NCBI GenBank assembly: GCA_018000295.1
Contig: JAGNKE010000004.1
Coordinates: 60,016 to 124,015 of the forward strand
DNA: 64,000 nucleotides
Source of the DNA: Alphaproteobacteria bacterium
Lineage (GTDB): Bacteria > Pseudomonadota > Alphaproteobacteria > Micavibrionales > Micavibrionaceae
Direction of reading: 5' to 3'
The notes beneath the pieces were generated by a model. It worked only from the letters and a program-made list of their open reading frames with translations, made no database searches and had not been told where the DNA came from. Position numbers and translations under genes: made by a program. Positions 25,579-34,323 of this stretch are shown here, in pieces; the first letter of the stretch is position 1; every line of letters starts with the position of its first letter.

Positions 25579-25956
25579 ATGGGTCAATCTGCAAATCCCA
25601 AACGGCTGAAGGAAAACGAGGCGAAAGCATCCGCCAAGTATATCCGCATCAGTCCGCGCAAACTGAATCTCGTGGCACAGACTATCCGGGGCAAAAACGC
25701 TTCGAAGGCTCTGATCGACCTCGAATTCTCCAAAAAGCGCGTGTCTGAAAGCGTCCGCAAGCTCCTGCAGGCCGCTGTCGCAAACGCCGTGAACAATCAT
25801 AATCTGGATGCGGACCGTCTGGTCGTAGCGGAAGCCCATGTCGGCAAATCCGTCACCATGAAGCGCTTCCGCGCACGGGCCAAAGGGCGCGGCACACGCA
25901 TTATTAAACCGATAAGCAATATGACCATCATTCTTAAAGAAGCAGACGAGGCATAA
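25579..25956 (+). CDS. rplV: 50S ribosomal protein uL22
   Basis: 125 aa in the conserved position, with the motif YIRISPRKLNLVA. Confidence 0.96.
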   Translation: MGQSANPKRLKENEAKASAKYIRISPRKLNLVAQTIRGKNASKALIDLEFSKKRVSESVRKLLQAAVANAVNNHNLDADRLVVAEAHVGKSVTMKRFRARAKGRGTRIIKPISNMTIILKEADEA

Positions 25957-25959
25957 TTC

Positions 25960-26640
25960 ATGGGACAGAAAGTTAATCCAATAGGTATGAGGGTCGGCAT
26001 CAACCGGACGTGGGATTCCCGCTGGTACGCCGGACGCGATTATGCAGACAAGCTGGTTGAAGATCTCAAGCTGCGCGAATATATTTTTGAGCATCTGAAG
26101 CCTGCGGGCGTCAGCAAGGTGATCATCGAACGCGCCGCGAAACTCACGAAAGTGACGGTTCACACCGCCCGTCCCGGTGTAATCATCGGCAAGAAGGGCG
26201 CGGACATCGAAAAGCTCCGTCTGAACCTCTCCCGCCGTGCCGGCGGTGACGTCAGCCTGAATATCGTTGAAATTCGTAAACCGGAAATCGACGCCCAGCT
26301 CTGTGCTGAGGGCGTAGCCCAGCAGCTCGAGCGCCGCGTGTCATTCCGCCGCGCCATGAAGCGTGCCGTTCAGAACGCCCTTCGTTTCGGTGGTCTGGGG
26401 ATTCGGATTAACGTTTCGGGTCGTCTGGGCGGCGCCGATATCGCGCGTATGGAATGGTACCGCGAAGGCCGGGTGCCTCTGCATACTCTCCGGGCGGACA
26501 TTGACTACGGTACGGCTGAAGCGCTGACGACCTACGGGATCATCGGCGTGAAGGTCTGGATCTACAAGGGCGACATCATGGATCACGATCCGCTCGCCCG
26601 TGATAAGAGATCCGGTGATACCAAGGCCGGGGAGATTTAA
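25960..26640 (+). CDS. rpsC: 30S ribosomal protein uS3
   Basis: 226 aa starting [13 protein letters not shown], with a KH-domain region. Confidence 0.97.
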   Translation: MGQKVNPIGMRVGINRTWDSRWYAGRDYADKLVEDLKLREYIFEHLKPAGVSKVIIERAAKLTKVTVHTARPGVIIGKKGADIEKLRLNLSRRAGGDVSLNIVEIRKPEIDAQLCAEGVAQQLERRVSFRRAMKRAVQNALRFGGLGIRINVSGRLGGADIARMEWYREGRVPLHTLRADIDYGTAEALTTYGIIGVKVWIYKGDIMDHDPLARDKRSGDTKAGEI

Positions 26641-26863
26641 GGACTTTACCCCCTGAAAAAATTAGTTATAAAAGACTGGATTTTGACAGGAAAATGAGAT
26701 AAGGTTCCGCCGGATTTGCCAAGGCAGCCAAAAATCTCAAGCATATGGAAACTATTGTTCAGAGAACAAAAAGTCCATGTGACAAGATTTTTTTTGTGTG
26801 AGGCGTCCCCGGTGGGACAGAGATAAAAGAGTTTTAACAAGGTAAGCAAGACAGAGAATAAAG

Positions 26864-27289
26864 ATGTTAAGCCCCAAGAAGTTTAAGTTCCGCAAGCAGT
26901 TTAAGGGTCGTATCCGTGGCAATGCCAAGGGCGGAGCGACACTGGCCTTCGGCGAATATGGTTTGAAGGCTCTGCAGCCCGATCGAATCACTTCGCGCCA
27001 GATCGAGGCCGCACGCCGTGCGATCACCCGTCACCTGAAACGTCAGGGCAAGCTCTGGATCCGTGTCTTCCCCGATGTTCCGGTTTCAAAGAAGCCTCTT
27101 GAAGTGCGTCAGGGTAAAGGAAAGGGGCCGGTTGAATTCTGGGCCTGCCGGATCAAACCCGGTCGTATTATGTTCGAACTTGACGGCGTCTCCAAGGAGT
27201 TGGCCCGCGAAGCCTTGGACCTTGCTGCCGCCAAGTTGCCGATCAAGACCAAATTTGTGGCCCGTATCAATGCTGAGGAGAACCACTGA
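26864..27289 (+). CDS. rplP: 50S ribosomal protein uL16
   Basis: 141 aa starting [16 protein letters not shown]. Confidence 0.97.
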   Translation: MLSPKKFKFRKQFKGRIRGNAKGGATLAFGEYGLKALQPDRITSRQIEAARRAITRHLKRQGKLWIRVFPDVPVSKKPLEVRQGKGKGPVEFWACRIKPGRIMFELDGVSKELAREALDLAAAKLPIKTKFVARINAEENH

Positions 27290-27579
27290 TGAACGTCGAA
27301 GATATCCGCGCAAAAACAGAAGACGAGTTGAAGGCTTTGTTGCTGGACCTTCGCAAGAACCAGTTCAACGCCCGCTTTCAGAAAACCCAGGGGACACTGG
27401 AAAACACGTCTGAAATCCGCAAGACGCGCCGCACCATCGCTCGTGTCAAAACCATTCTGACCGAAATGAAGGCCGGAACGCCAAAGGCCAAGAAGGCGAC
27501 GAAAAAAGTGGCGGATAAACCGAAAAAAGCCAAGGCAGAAACAAATAAGGCCGCGTCTAAAAAGACCAAGGCGGCATAA
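27289..27579 (+). CDS. rpmC: 50S ribosomal protein uL29 (with Lys-rich C-terminal tail)
   Basis: 96 aa. Its ATG overlaps the rplP TGA (ATGA). The core KTEDELKALLLDLRKNQFNARFQ is followed by a K/A/P-rich tail of about 35 aa. Confidence 0.9.
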   Translation: MNVEDIRAKTEDELKALLLDLRKNQFNARFQKTQGTLENTSEIRKTRRTIARVKTILTEMKAGTPKAKKATKKVADKPKKAKAETNKAASKKTKAA

Positions 27580-27600
27580 AGGATAAGAGGAGCAAAACAA

Positions 27601-28011
27601 ATGCCACGTCGGATACTCGAAGGGAATGTAGTCAGCGCAAAAAACAACAAGACCGTAACGGTCATCGTTGAACGCCGCTACATGCACCCTGTTTACAAAA
27701 AATATCTCAAGAGCACGCAAAAATTCACGGCGCATGATGAAGCCAACACCTGCAAGGAAGGCGAGCGTGTCCAGATCATCGAATGCCGCCCGCTCTCCCG
27801 TACGAAGCGTTGGGCGGTCATCGGCAAGGATGGGCAGGCGCTCCTCCCCCCCCGCAACTCCGAAAAGCGCAAGCTGAAATCCGGCCAAGCTCCGGCCGCT
27901 GAAAAGGCCGAAAGCAAAAAGGCCCGCAAGGACGAAGCCAAGACAAAAAAAGAGGCCGCCCCGAAAAAGGCTGTTTCTGAAAAGAAATCCAAAGCGAAGA
28001 AGGACGCCTGA
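27601..28011 (+). CDS. rpsQ: 30S ribosomal protein uS17 (with Lys-rich C-terminal tail)
   Basis: 136 aa. The core [32 protein letters not shown] is followed by a K/A/E-rich tail of about 60 aa. Confidence 0.9.
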   Translation: MPRRILEGNVVSAKNNKTVTVIVERRYMHPVYKKYLKSTQKFTAHDEANTCKEGERVQIIECRPLSRTKRWAVIGKDGQALLPPRNSEKRKLKSGQAPAAEKAESKKARKDEAKTKKEAAPKKAVSEKKSKAKKDA

Positions 28012-28013
28012 TC

Positions 28014-28382
28014 ATGATTCAGATGCAATCCCGTCTGGCCGTAGCCGACAATAGCGGCGCCCGCGAAGTCCAGTGCATCAAGGTTCTGGGTGGCTCCCAC
28101 CGCCGGACCGCCAATATCGGCGATGTCATCGTGGTTTCGATCAAGGATGCTATTCCTCGTGGTCGCGTCAAAAAGGGCGAGGTCCGCCGCGCCGTGATCG
28201 TGCGCACGAAGTTCGGCCTCAAGCGCCGCTACGGCGAGCAGATCCGTTTCGACGGTAATGCCTGCGTACTTATCAACAATAACGGTGAGCCGATCGGCAC
28301 CCGTATTTTTGGCCCCGTGACCCGCGAACTGCGTGCGTCAGGTTACATGAAAATCATTTCTCTGGCATCGGAGGTGCTGTAA
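28014..28382 (+). CDS. rplN: 50S ribosomal protein uL14
   Basis: 122 aa starting [19 protein letters not shown]. Confidence 0.98.
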   Translation: MIQMQSRLAVADNSGAREVQCIKVLGGSHRRTANIGDVIVVSIKDAIPRGRVKKGEVRRAVIVRTKFGLKRRYGEQIRFDGNACVLINNNGEPIGTRIFGPVTRELRASGYMKIISLASEVL

Positions 28383-28384
28383 GG

Positions 28385-28708
28385 ATGACCAAGGCAGCGC
28401 GTAAAATAAAAAAAGGCGACAAAGTTGTCGTCCTCGCCGGTAAAGATCGCGGAGTAAAGGGTGAGGTTCTCAAAGTCCTCACCGAAGAAAACCGCGTGGT
28501 CGTGCAGGGCGTGAATATGGTAACCCGCCACCGCAAACCCTCCCAGCTCTCCGGCGGAGGAATTGAAAAAAAGGAATCGTCCATTCACGTATCCAACGTG
28601 GCGCTGCTTGACCCCAAGTCGGGGGAAGCAACGCGGGTCGGATACAAGGTACTCAAAGACGGGAAGAAAATCCGCGTCGCCCGCAAATCCGGCGAAACGA
28701 TTGAATAA
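28385..28708 (+). CDS. rplX: 50S ribosomal protein uL24
   Basis: 107 aa with the KOW motif [15 protein letters not shown]. Confidence 0.95.
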   Translation: MTKAARKIKKGDKVVVLAGKDRGVKGEVLKVLTEENRVVVQGVNMVTRHRKPSQLSGGGIEKKESSIHVSNVALLDPKSGEATRVGYKVLKDGKKIRVARKSGETIE

Positions 28709-28729
28709 GGATAGAAAAGCGAGAAAGCC

Positions 28730-29272
28730 ATGAAACCGCGCTATAAAGAAATATACGAAAAGGAAATTGTACCCGCGCTCGACAAGAAGTTCGGTTACAA
28801 GAACCCGCACGAACGTCCGCGCCTCGACAAGATCGTCATTAACATGGGTGTCGGCGAAGCGACTCAAGACCGCAAGCACATCGATCAGGCTGTTAACGAC
28901 CTCTCTCTGATTGCAGGGCAAAAACCGGTGGTCTGCAAGGCAAAGAAATCCAACGCGTCGTTTAAAATCCGAGATGGCCAGTCGATTGGCGTGAAGGTCA
29001 CACTACGCGGCAACCGTATGTACGAATTTCTCGACCGTCTGGTGACCATTGCACTGCCCCGCGTCCGCGACTTCCGCGGCATTAACGGCAAAAGCTTCGA
29101 TGGCCGCGGCAACTACGCCATGGGCATCAAGGAGCATATCATCTTCCCGGAAATTACATACGATAAAGTAGACAAGATCCGGGGTATGGACATCATCGTC
29201 TGCACAACGGCAAAAAGCGACGAAGAGGCCAAGGAACTGCTGCGGGCTTTCAAGATGCCCTTTAGAAATTGA
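28730..29272 (+). CDS. rplE: 50S ribosomal protein uL5
   Basis: 180 aa in the conserved position, with motifs NMGVGEA and [13 protein letters not shown]. Confidence 0.97.
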   Translation: MKPRYKEIYEKEIVPALDKKFGYKNPHERPRLDKIVINMGVGEATQDRKHIDQAVNDLSLIAGQKPVVCKAKKSNASFKIRDGQSIGVKVTLRGNRMYEFLDRLVTIALPRVRDFRGINGKSFDGRGNYAMGIKEHIIFPEITYDKVDKIRGMDIIVCTTAKSDEEAKELLRAFKMPFRN

Positions 29273-29323
29273 TCGGCGAGTAAAACGAAGCATTAGAAAG
29301 ATAACAACAGGAAGACACAAACA

Positions 29324-29629
29324 ATGGCAAAACTCTGTTTGATAGAAAGAGACAAAAAACGCAGAAAGCTGGTTAAGAAGCTCGCGGTCAAGCGCGCGAA
29401 GCTTAAGGCGGCCGTGCGTAACCTCGACCTTTCGGCCGAAGAGCGTTTCGAGGCGATGCTGAAACTCGCTGAGATGCCCCGCAACTCCGCGAAGATACGC
29501 ATCCGCAACCGCTGCCAACTCACCGGGCGCCCGCGTGGTAACTTCCGCAAGTTTAGCCTGTCACGGATTGCATTGCGCGATCTGGCCGCCAAGGGTCAGC
29601 TCCCTGGCGTAACCAAGTCCAGCTGGTAA
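29324..29629 (+). CDS. rpsN: 30S ribosomal protein uS14 (long form)
   Basis: 101 aa ending [21 protein letters not shown]. Confidence 0.95.
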   Translation: MAKLCLIERDKKRRKLVKKLAVKRAKLKAAVRNLDLSAEERFEAMLKLAEMPRNSAKIRIRNRCQLTGRPRGNFRKFSLSRIALRDLAAKGQLPGVTKSSW

Positions 29630-29645
29630 GTAGGAGGATTGAACG

Positions 29646-30044
29646 ATGAGCATGAATGATCCCCTCGGCGATATGTTGTCCCGCATCCGTAACGCCCAGA
29701 AAGCGAAACTGAAGATGGTGCAGTGCCCGCATTCGCGTTTGCATGAAAAAGTCTGTGAAGTTCTAAAAGACGAAGGTTACATCCGCGGGTACACGGTTCA
29801 GGATTTGGGCAGCAACCGCAAGTCTATAGAAGTTCAGCTAAAATACGCCGAAGGTCTTGGGGTAATCCGCCAGATCGACCGTATCTCGACTCCCGGTCGC
29901 CGGGTCTATACCAGCGTGAAGGATATGCCGCGCTTTTATAATGGTCTGGGCATTCTGGTCGTATCGACTCCGCAGGGCGTCCTCCCGGACTACAAGGCGC
30001 GGGCGGCCAATGTGGGCGGTGAAATTCTATGCCGGGTCTTCTAG
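29646..30044 (+). CDS. rpsH: 30S ribosomal protein uS8
   Basis: 132 aa with the motif DPLGDMLSRIRNA. Confidence 0.96.
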   Translation: MSMNDPLGDMLSRIRNAQKAKLKMVQCPHSRLHEKVCEVLKDEGYIRGYTVQDLGSNRKSIEVQLKYAEGLGVIRQIDRISTPGRRVYTSVKDMPRFYNGLGILVVSTPQGVLPDYKARAANVGGEILCRVF

Positions 30045-30085
30045 AAAGATCGGCGAAAACAGAAGCTTGATTGAGGAAAAGAGAA

Positions 30086-30646
30086 ATGTCTCGTATTGGT
30101 AAAAACCCGGTTGCAATCCCTGAAGGCGTCGATGTGCAGCTTCAGGGGCAGACTGTTAAGGTGAAAGGCAAGCTCGGTGAGCTGAGCCTCAACGTACACG
30201 ATGAAATCGGCGTGACGATTGAAGAGGCGGAAAGCGACGACGGCAAAAAGGGCAAGGTCGTTCGTCTGACACCGAAAACTGAAAACCCGGTTGCACGCGA
30301 AGTTTGGCCGACGATGCGGACCTTGGTGAATAACATGATCATTGGAGTAACCGAGGGCTACAAGAAAAAACTCGAAATACACGGCGTTGGCTTGCGGGCC
30401 AACCTTCAGGGTAAAGAAATCGTGATGAGTCTTGGATTCTCGCACGAGGTTCGCTACACAGTTCCTGCAGGGATTAAGGTTGAAATTGAAAAACAAACCG
30501 AACTGACCGTGAGCGGCATTGACAAGCAACGGGTCGGGCAGGTGTCCGCCGAAATCCGCGAACACAAAAAACCCGAGCCCTACAAGGGCAAGGGTATCCG
30601 CTACGCCGGGGAATATATCGCATACAAGGAAGGCAAGAAGAAGTAA
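30086..30646 (+). CDS. rplF: 50S ribosomal protein uL6
   Basis: 186 aa from MSRIGKNPV. The track starts 5 codons earlier at a TTG. Confidence 0.95.
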   Translation: MSRIGKNPVAIPEGVDVQLQGQTVKVKGKLGELSLNVHDEIGVTIEEAESDDGKKGKVVRLTPKTENPVAREVWPTMRTLVNNMIIGVTEGYKKKLEIHGVGLRANLQGKEIVMSLGFSHEVRYTVPAGIKVEIEKQTELTVSGIDKQRVGQVSAEIREHKKPEPYKGKGIRYAGEYIAYKEGKKK

Positions 30647-30655
30647 GGAAAAGTC

Positions 30656-31051
30656 ATGGCCAAGGCAGCATCCAGGAAACTCAAGCCCGCAGATCGCCGT
30701 ACGTTCCGTACGCGTAACAAGATCCGCAGGGTCAATATCGAGCAGAACAGCAAACGCGAGGTGCGCCCGCGCCTCTCCGTTTTCCGCTCGGGGAAACAGA
30801 TTTACGCTCAGGTTATCGACGACATTGGCGGCAAGACTCTGGCTTCGGCCTCCACTCTCGATAAGGAGTTGAAGGAAAAGCTGAAGAACGGAGCCAATAA
30901 GGATGCAGCCGTTGAAGTCGGAAAGCTCGTTGCCGAACGTGCAAAAAAGGCGGGCGTCAGCAAGGTTGTTTTCGACCGCGGACCCTACCTCTACCACGGT
31001 CGGGTGAAGGCATTGGCTGAAGGGGCACGCGAAGGCGGACTGGAATTTTAA
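30656..31051 (+). CDS. rplR: 50S ribosomal protein uL18
   Basis: 131 aa in the conserved position, ending [19 protein letters not shown]. Confidence 0.93.
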   Translation: MAKAASRKLKPADRRTFRTRNKIRRVNIEQNSKREVRPRLSVFRSGKQIYAQVIDDIGGKTLASASTLDKELKEKLKNGANKDAAVEVGKLVAERAKKAGVSKVVFDRGPYLYHGRVKALAEGAREGGLEF

Positions 31052-31070
31052 TCAAAAGGAAAAATGAAAT

Positions 31071-31634
31071 ATGGCACGTGCGTTTGAAAAGCAGAATCAA
31101 AACGAGGAACCCGAATTCATCGAGCGTTTGGTGGGTATCAACCGCGTGGCGAAAGTCGTAAAGGGCGGTCGTCGTTTTGCTTTCTCCGCGCTTGTAATCG
31201 TTGGCGACGGCAAGGGCCGTGTCGGCCACGGTCACGGCAAGGCCAAAGAAGTGCCCGAGGCGATCCGCAAGGCCACCGATCAGGCCCGCCGCAACATGAT
31301 CCGCGTTCCTCTTCGCGAAGGCCGCACTGTCCACCATGATGTGACGGGTACCGACGGCGCAGGCAAGGTCCACCTCCGCTCCGCTCCGCAGGGTACGGGA
31401 ATCATCGCCGGCGGCCCTATGCGCGCCGTGTTCGAGGCTCTAGGAATTCAGGACGTCGTCGCCAAGGCCATCGGCTCCAGCAACCCCTATAACATGGTGA
31501 ACGCGACCTTCGATGCGCTGAAGAAAATTCAGAGTCCGCGACATGTGGCGGCCCGCCGCAACAAGAAGGTCAGCGAAGTCGTCTCCAACCGCGAGATTCA
31601 GTCCAGCGATTCGCCCGAAGGATCCGAGGAATAA
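31071..31634 (+). CDS. rpsE: 30S ribosomal protein uS5
   Basis: 187 aa with motifs [14 protein letters not shown] and GTGIIAGG. Confidence 0.95.
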   Translation: MARAFEKQNQNEEPEFIERLVGINRVAKVVKGGRRFAFSALVIVGDGKGRVGHGHGKAKEVPEAIRKATDQARRNMIRVPLREGRTVHHDVTGTDGAGKVHLRSAPQGTGIIAGGPMRAVFEALGIQDVVAKAIGSSNPYNMVNATFDALKKIQSPRHVAARRNKKVSEVVSNREIQSSDSPEGSEE

Positions 31635-31667
31635 TATAGTAGGTTTATACGATTAAGGATTTGAACA

Positions 31668-31961
31668 ATGGCAGAAGAGACAAAAAAGGCAAAAAAACCT
31701 GCAGCGGAAAAGAAAGCTTCTCCGGCAAAAAAGGTGGCAGCCCCCAAAGAGTCTAAGGCGAAGAAACCTTCGCCTTCCGGAAAGACAGTTCGCGTCACGC
31801 AGATTGGCTCTCCAATCGGCCGCAAGGCTTACCAGCGCGCAACGCTGATCGGTCTCGGCCTGAACAAGCTGAACCGCACCAAGGAACTCGAAGACACACC
31901 CTCCGTGCGCGGCATGATCGCCAAGGTTAACCATCTGGTAAAGGTTGAGGACATCGCCTGA
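31668..31961 (+). CDS. rpmD: 50S ribosomal protein uL30 (with Lys-rich N-terminal extension)
   Basis: 97 aa. The core [32 protein letters not shown] is preceded by a K/A/P-rich segment of about 38 aa. Confidence 0.88.
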   Translation: MAEETKKAKKPAAEKKASPAKKVAAPKESKAKKPSPSGKTVRVTQIGSPIGRKAYQRATLIGLGLNKLNRTKELEDTPSVRGMIAKVNHLVKVEDIA

Positions 31962-31996
31962 ACCTGCAGAAACAAAAAAATTAAGGAAAAACTATT

Positions 31997-32503
31997 ATGA
32001 AACTCAATACGCTAAAGCCGAGCGAAGGCTCAAAAAAAGTAAGAACCCGCCTCGGACGCGGTATTGGCTCCGGCAAGGGTAAAACCTCAGGGCGCGGAGT
32101 CAAGGGCCAGAAGGCCCGTACAGGCGTAGCCATAAAGGGCTTCGAGGGCGGCCAGATGCCGCTCTATCAGCGTATGCCCAAAATAGGTTTCCGTAACACT
32201 GCATTCGCAACCAAGTTGGTCGAACTGACCCTCGAAAACCTCCAGGAGGCGATTGACACCAAGAAACTAGACCCCAAAAAGCCGATTGATGAAGAAACGC
32301 TTGTTAAGGCGGGCGTGGTCAGCCGCAAGCGTGACGGGATCAAGTTGCTGGCAACCGGAACCCTGTCAGCGAAAGTTGATCTCAAACTGACCAAGGCCTC
32401 AAAAGCCGCTCAGGCTGCGGTGGAAAAGGCCGGAGGCAGCATTGAATTAGCTCCGGAAAAGCCGGCTAATCCAAAAAAATTGCCTAAAAAGGCAAAGAAG
32501 TAA
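31997..32503 (+). CDS. rplO: 50S ribosomal protein uL15
   Basis: 168 aa. The sequence [14 protein letters not shown]...[19 protein letters not shown] is typical of uL15. Confidence 0.93.
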   Translation: MKLNTLKPSEGSKKVRTRLGRGIGSGKGKTSGRGVKGQKARTGVAIKGFEGGQMPLYQRMPKIGFRNTAFATKLVELTLENLQEAIDTKKLDPKKPIDEETLVKAGVVSRKRDGIKLLATGTLSAKVDLKLTKASKAAQAAVEKAGGSIELAPEKPANPKKLPKKAKK

Positions 32504-32525
32504 CAGGCTGGGGCCACAAGAAAAC

Positions 32526-32560
32526 AAGCCCTTCCCCTAAAGGAAGGGCTTTTTCTTTTT
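32526..32560 (+). terminator. Rho-independent terminator immediately after rplO
   Basis: A 10-bp perfect stem AAGCCCTTCC / GGAAGGGCTT with a 6-nt loop, followed by TTTTCTTTTT. Confidence 0.8.
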
Positions 32561-32625
32561 GACATATTTTCCAAGCCCGATTAGTCTGTTAGCAGTATTT
32601 TCTGACCGTTAGGGGCTAAATCATT

Positions 32626-33474
32626 ATGCGTCGCTTGTTGCCACTTATTCCCTTGTGTTTACTGGTTTTCGTCATCTTTGTAGGCCAGGCGCAGGCGCAA
32701 TCCTGCCCCCGCTCCAACCCCGAAACCGAAGTAAAAAAAATAACATTAAAGACCAAATATTACCGCGGAACATCTGCTTGGTACTTAACGGCATGGACCG
32801 GTCACTGGGGCAAGGGTGTTGTCCTTGGGCTTCATACGGGTAAGGACGGAAATGCCCCTTTTTGGGCAGACTATGATGCCAAATTTGAGTTCACGCCTGT
32901 GCGCAACAACCCCAACGCGGTTTGTGTAAGTGTATCAAAAATAAAAATGAAGTTTTACATTCAGCCTGTAGTGCATATCGCATCCGAGTATCCTCAGGAA
33001 AGTTGTGAATTCAGGGAGGTTCTGAGGCATGAAAAAAAACACGTAAAGGTGACAAAGGAATGGCAGAAGGAATTCACCCCGCAGTTGCGTCGGGAGTTGA
33101 GAAGCATAGCTCATAAGATTCCGGCTTCTTCGCCAGTAGGAGAGCGCCAGATCCCGGCAACACAGCAAATGATGATGAACATAATTAAATCTCACCTGGA
33201 AAAATTTATGGAAAAAAAGGCGGTTCCTACCTTAGTTCGTCGCCAAGGAAAAGTTGATGACCCCTTGGAATATAAGTTGGTGCCGGAACGTTGCGAAAAC
33301 TGGCAAGATTACCATATTACAGCCTATGAGCCAGGGTATGAAAAAGATGACTCCGATGATAAGGGGGAGGGAGATGATGGAGACGAAGACGATTCTTCCG
33401 ACGATGACTCAGAATCAGATAATAATGATGATACCGGTGAAATTGGTGACCTTCCGGACTACGGAGCCAACTGA
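32626..33474 (+). CDS. Secreted HExxH protein, putative Zn-metallopeptidase (DUF922/COG5661-like), with a poly-acidic tail
   Basis: 282 aa. The signal peptide ends QAQA. The motif VLRHEKKHV (HExxH) follows a conserved Cys. It is clearly paralogous to the next ORF, and its C-terminal 47 aa are D/E/S-rich. Confidence 0.5.
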   Translation: MRRLLPLIPLCLLVFVIFVGQAQAQSCPRSNPETEVKKITLKTKYYRGTSAWYLTAWTGHWGKGVVLGLHTGKDGNAPFWADYDAKFEFTPVRNNPNAVCVSVSKIKMKFYIQPVVHIASEYPQESCEFREVLRHEKKHVKVTKEWQKEFTPQLRRELRSIAHKIPASSPVGERQIPATQQMMMNIIKSHLEKFMEKKAVPTLVRRQGKVDDPLEYKLVPERCENWQDYHITAYEPGYEKDDSDDKGEGDDGDEDDSSDDDSESDNNDDTGEIGDLPDYGAN

Positions 33475-33491
33475 TTCTTGTCTTTCCTTAA

Positions 33492-34217
33492 ATGCCCAGA
33501 AGTTTTTATAAAACAGTTAGTGCTATAAAAAGAACAGGTGTATTTCTTGTTTACGTACTTCTGATGTCAACATCAGCTAATGCTGGCGAGTTAGTTGACA
33601 AATGTCCTGTTTCACGCCCCGAGACGTTTCTAAAATCAAGGATTGCCGGTGCAGAGGTAACAAAAACAAAATCCGCCGTCGATATGACGGAATGGCAGCT
33701 TGGCCACAGCATGGCTCCAAGTGGTGGTCAGATTCTGGGGTTGGGTGGCGGGGAAATTGAAACTAGCTACAATGCGGAATTCGAAGTCTCTCCCTTCCAG
33801 ACCGGGTATTGCGTAGTTCTTCATGAAATCCGAGCGAAATTCATTGCAAAACCTCAAATACACGTTGCCAGCAATTTCGAGGAGGGGAGTTGCGAATACA
33901 GCGAGGTTCTCTTCCACGAGCAAAAGCACATAGAGGCACTTCGCCTTTTTCACCGAAAGCAGACTAAAAATCTAAGGGCAAAGCTGAGAGAAGTGTCAAA
34001 AGCAATCCCCGCTGTTAAGCCAGTCCCGCAAGAGGAGGTAAAGCGGATACAGAAAAAGCTTCTCCAGTATGTTCAGGTAGAGATGAATGGCTATTTTCAG
34101 GAAATTCTGAAAGAACTTCAGCAAACCCAGCAAAAAATCGACAGTCCCGAGGAATATCAGCGCGTGGCTAAAAAATGCCGGAAATGGGAACAAAAACTCT
34201 CGAAACAGCCGGATTGA
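33492..34217 (+). CDS. Secreted HExxH protein, paralogue of 32626..33474
   Basis: 241 aa with a signal peptide ending ANAGE. It shares these blocks with the upstream ORF: CP.S.PET, A.FE..P, SCE..EVL.HE.KH, IPA..PV and D.P.EY..V...C..W. Confidence 0.5.
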   Translation: MPRSFYKTVSAIKRTGVFLVYVLLMSTSANAGELVDKCPVSRPETFLKSRIAGAEVTKTKSAVDMTEWQLGHSMAPSGGQILGLGGGEIETSYNAEFEVSPFQTGYCVVLHEIRAKFIAKPQIHVASNFEEGSCEYSEVLFHEQKHIEALRLFHRKQTKNLRAKLREVSKAIPAVKPVPQEEVKRIQKKLLQYVQVEMNGYFQEILKELQQTQQKIDSPEEYQRVAKKCRKWEQKLSKQPD

Positions 34218-34323
34218 ACGCAAAGACTCTTAGCGGACAACCGCGAATCCGCTCTTGTGTCCCGGGAATCTTTTCATTATGACTGATTGACTGTTTTTTA
34301 AGAACCAAGAAAGAGAATAAGCG

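Noticed and set aside
26646-26849. 67-aa minus-strand ORF in the rpsC-rplP spacer.
   Set aside because: It lies on the opposite strand inside a tightly packed operon. It has no RBS and an implausible sequence, so I treat the spacer as non-coding.
33331-33471. The GAT/GAC-rich stretch, and the Gly/Ser-coding stretch at 60600-60680, as possible tandem DNA repeats or a CRISPR-like array.
   Set aside because: There is no regular repeat-spacer periodicity. Both are in-frame low-complexity coding segments (poly-acidic and Gly/Ser tails).
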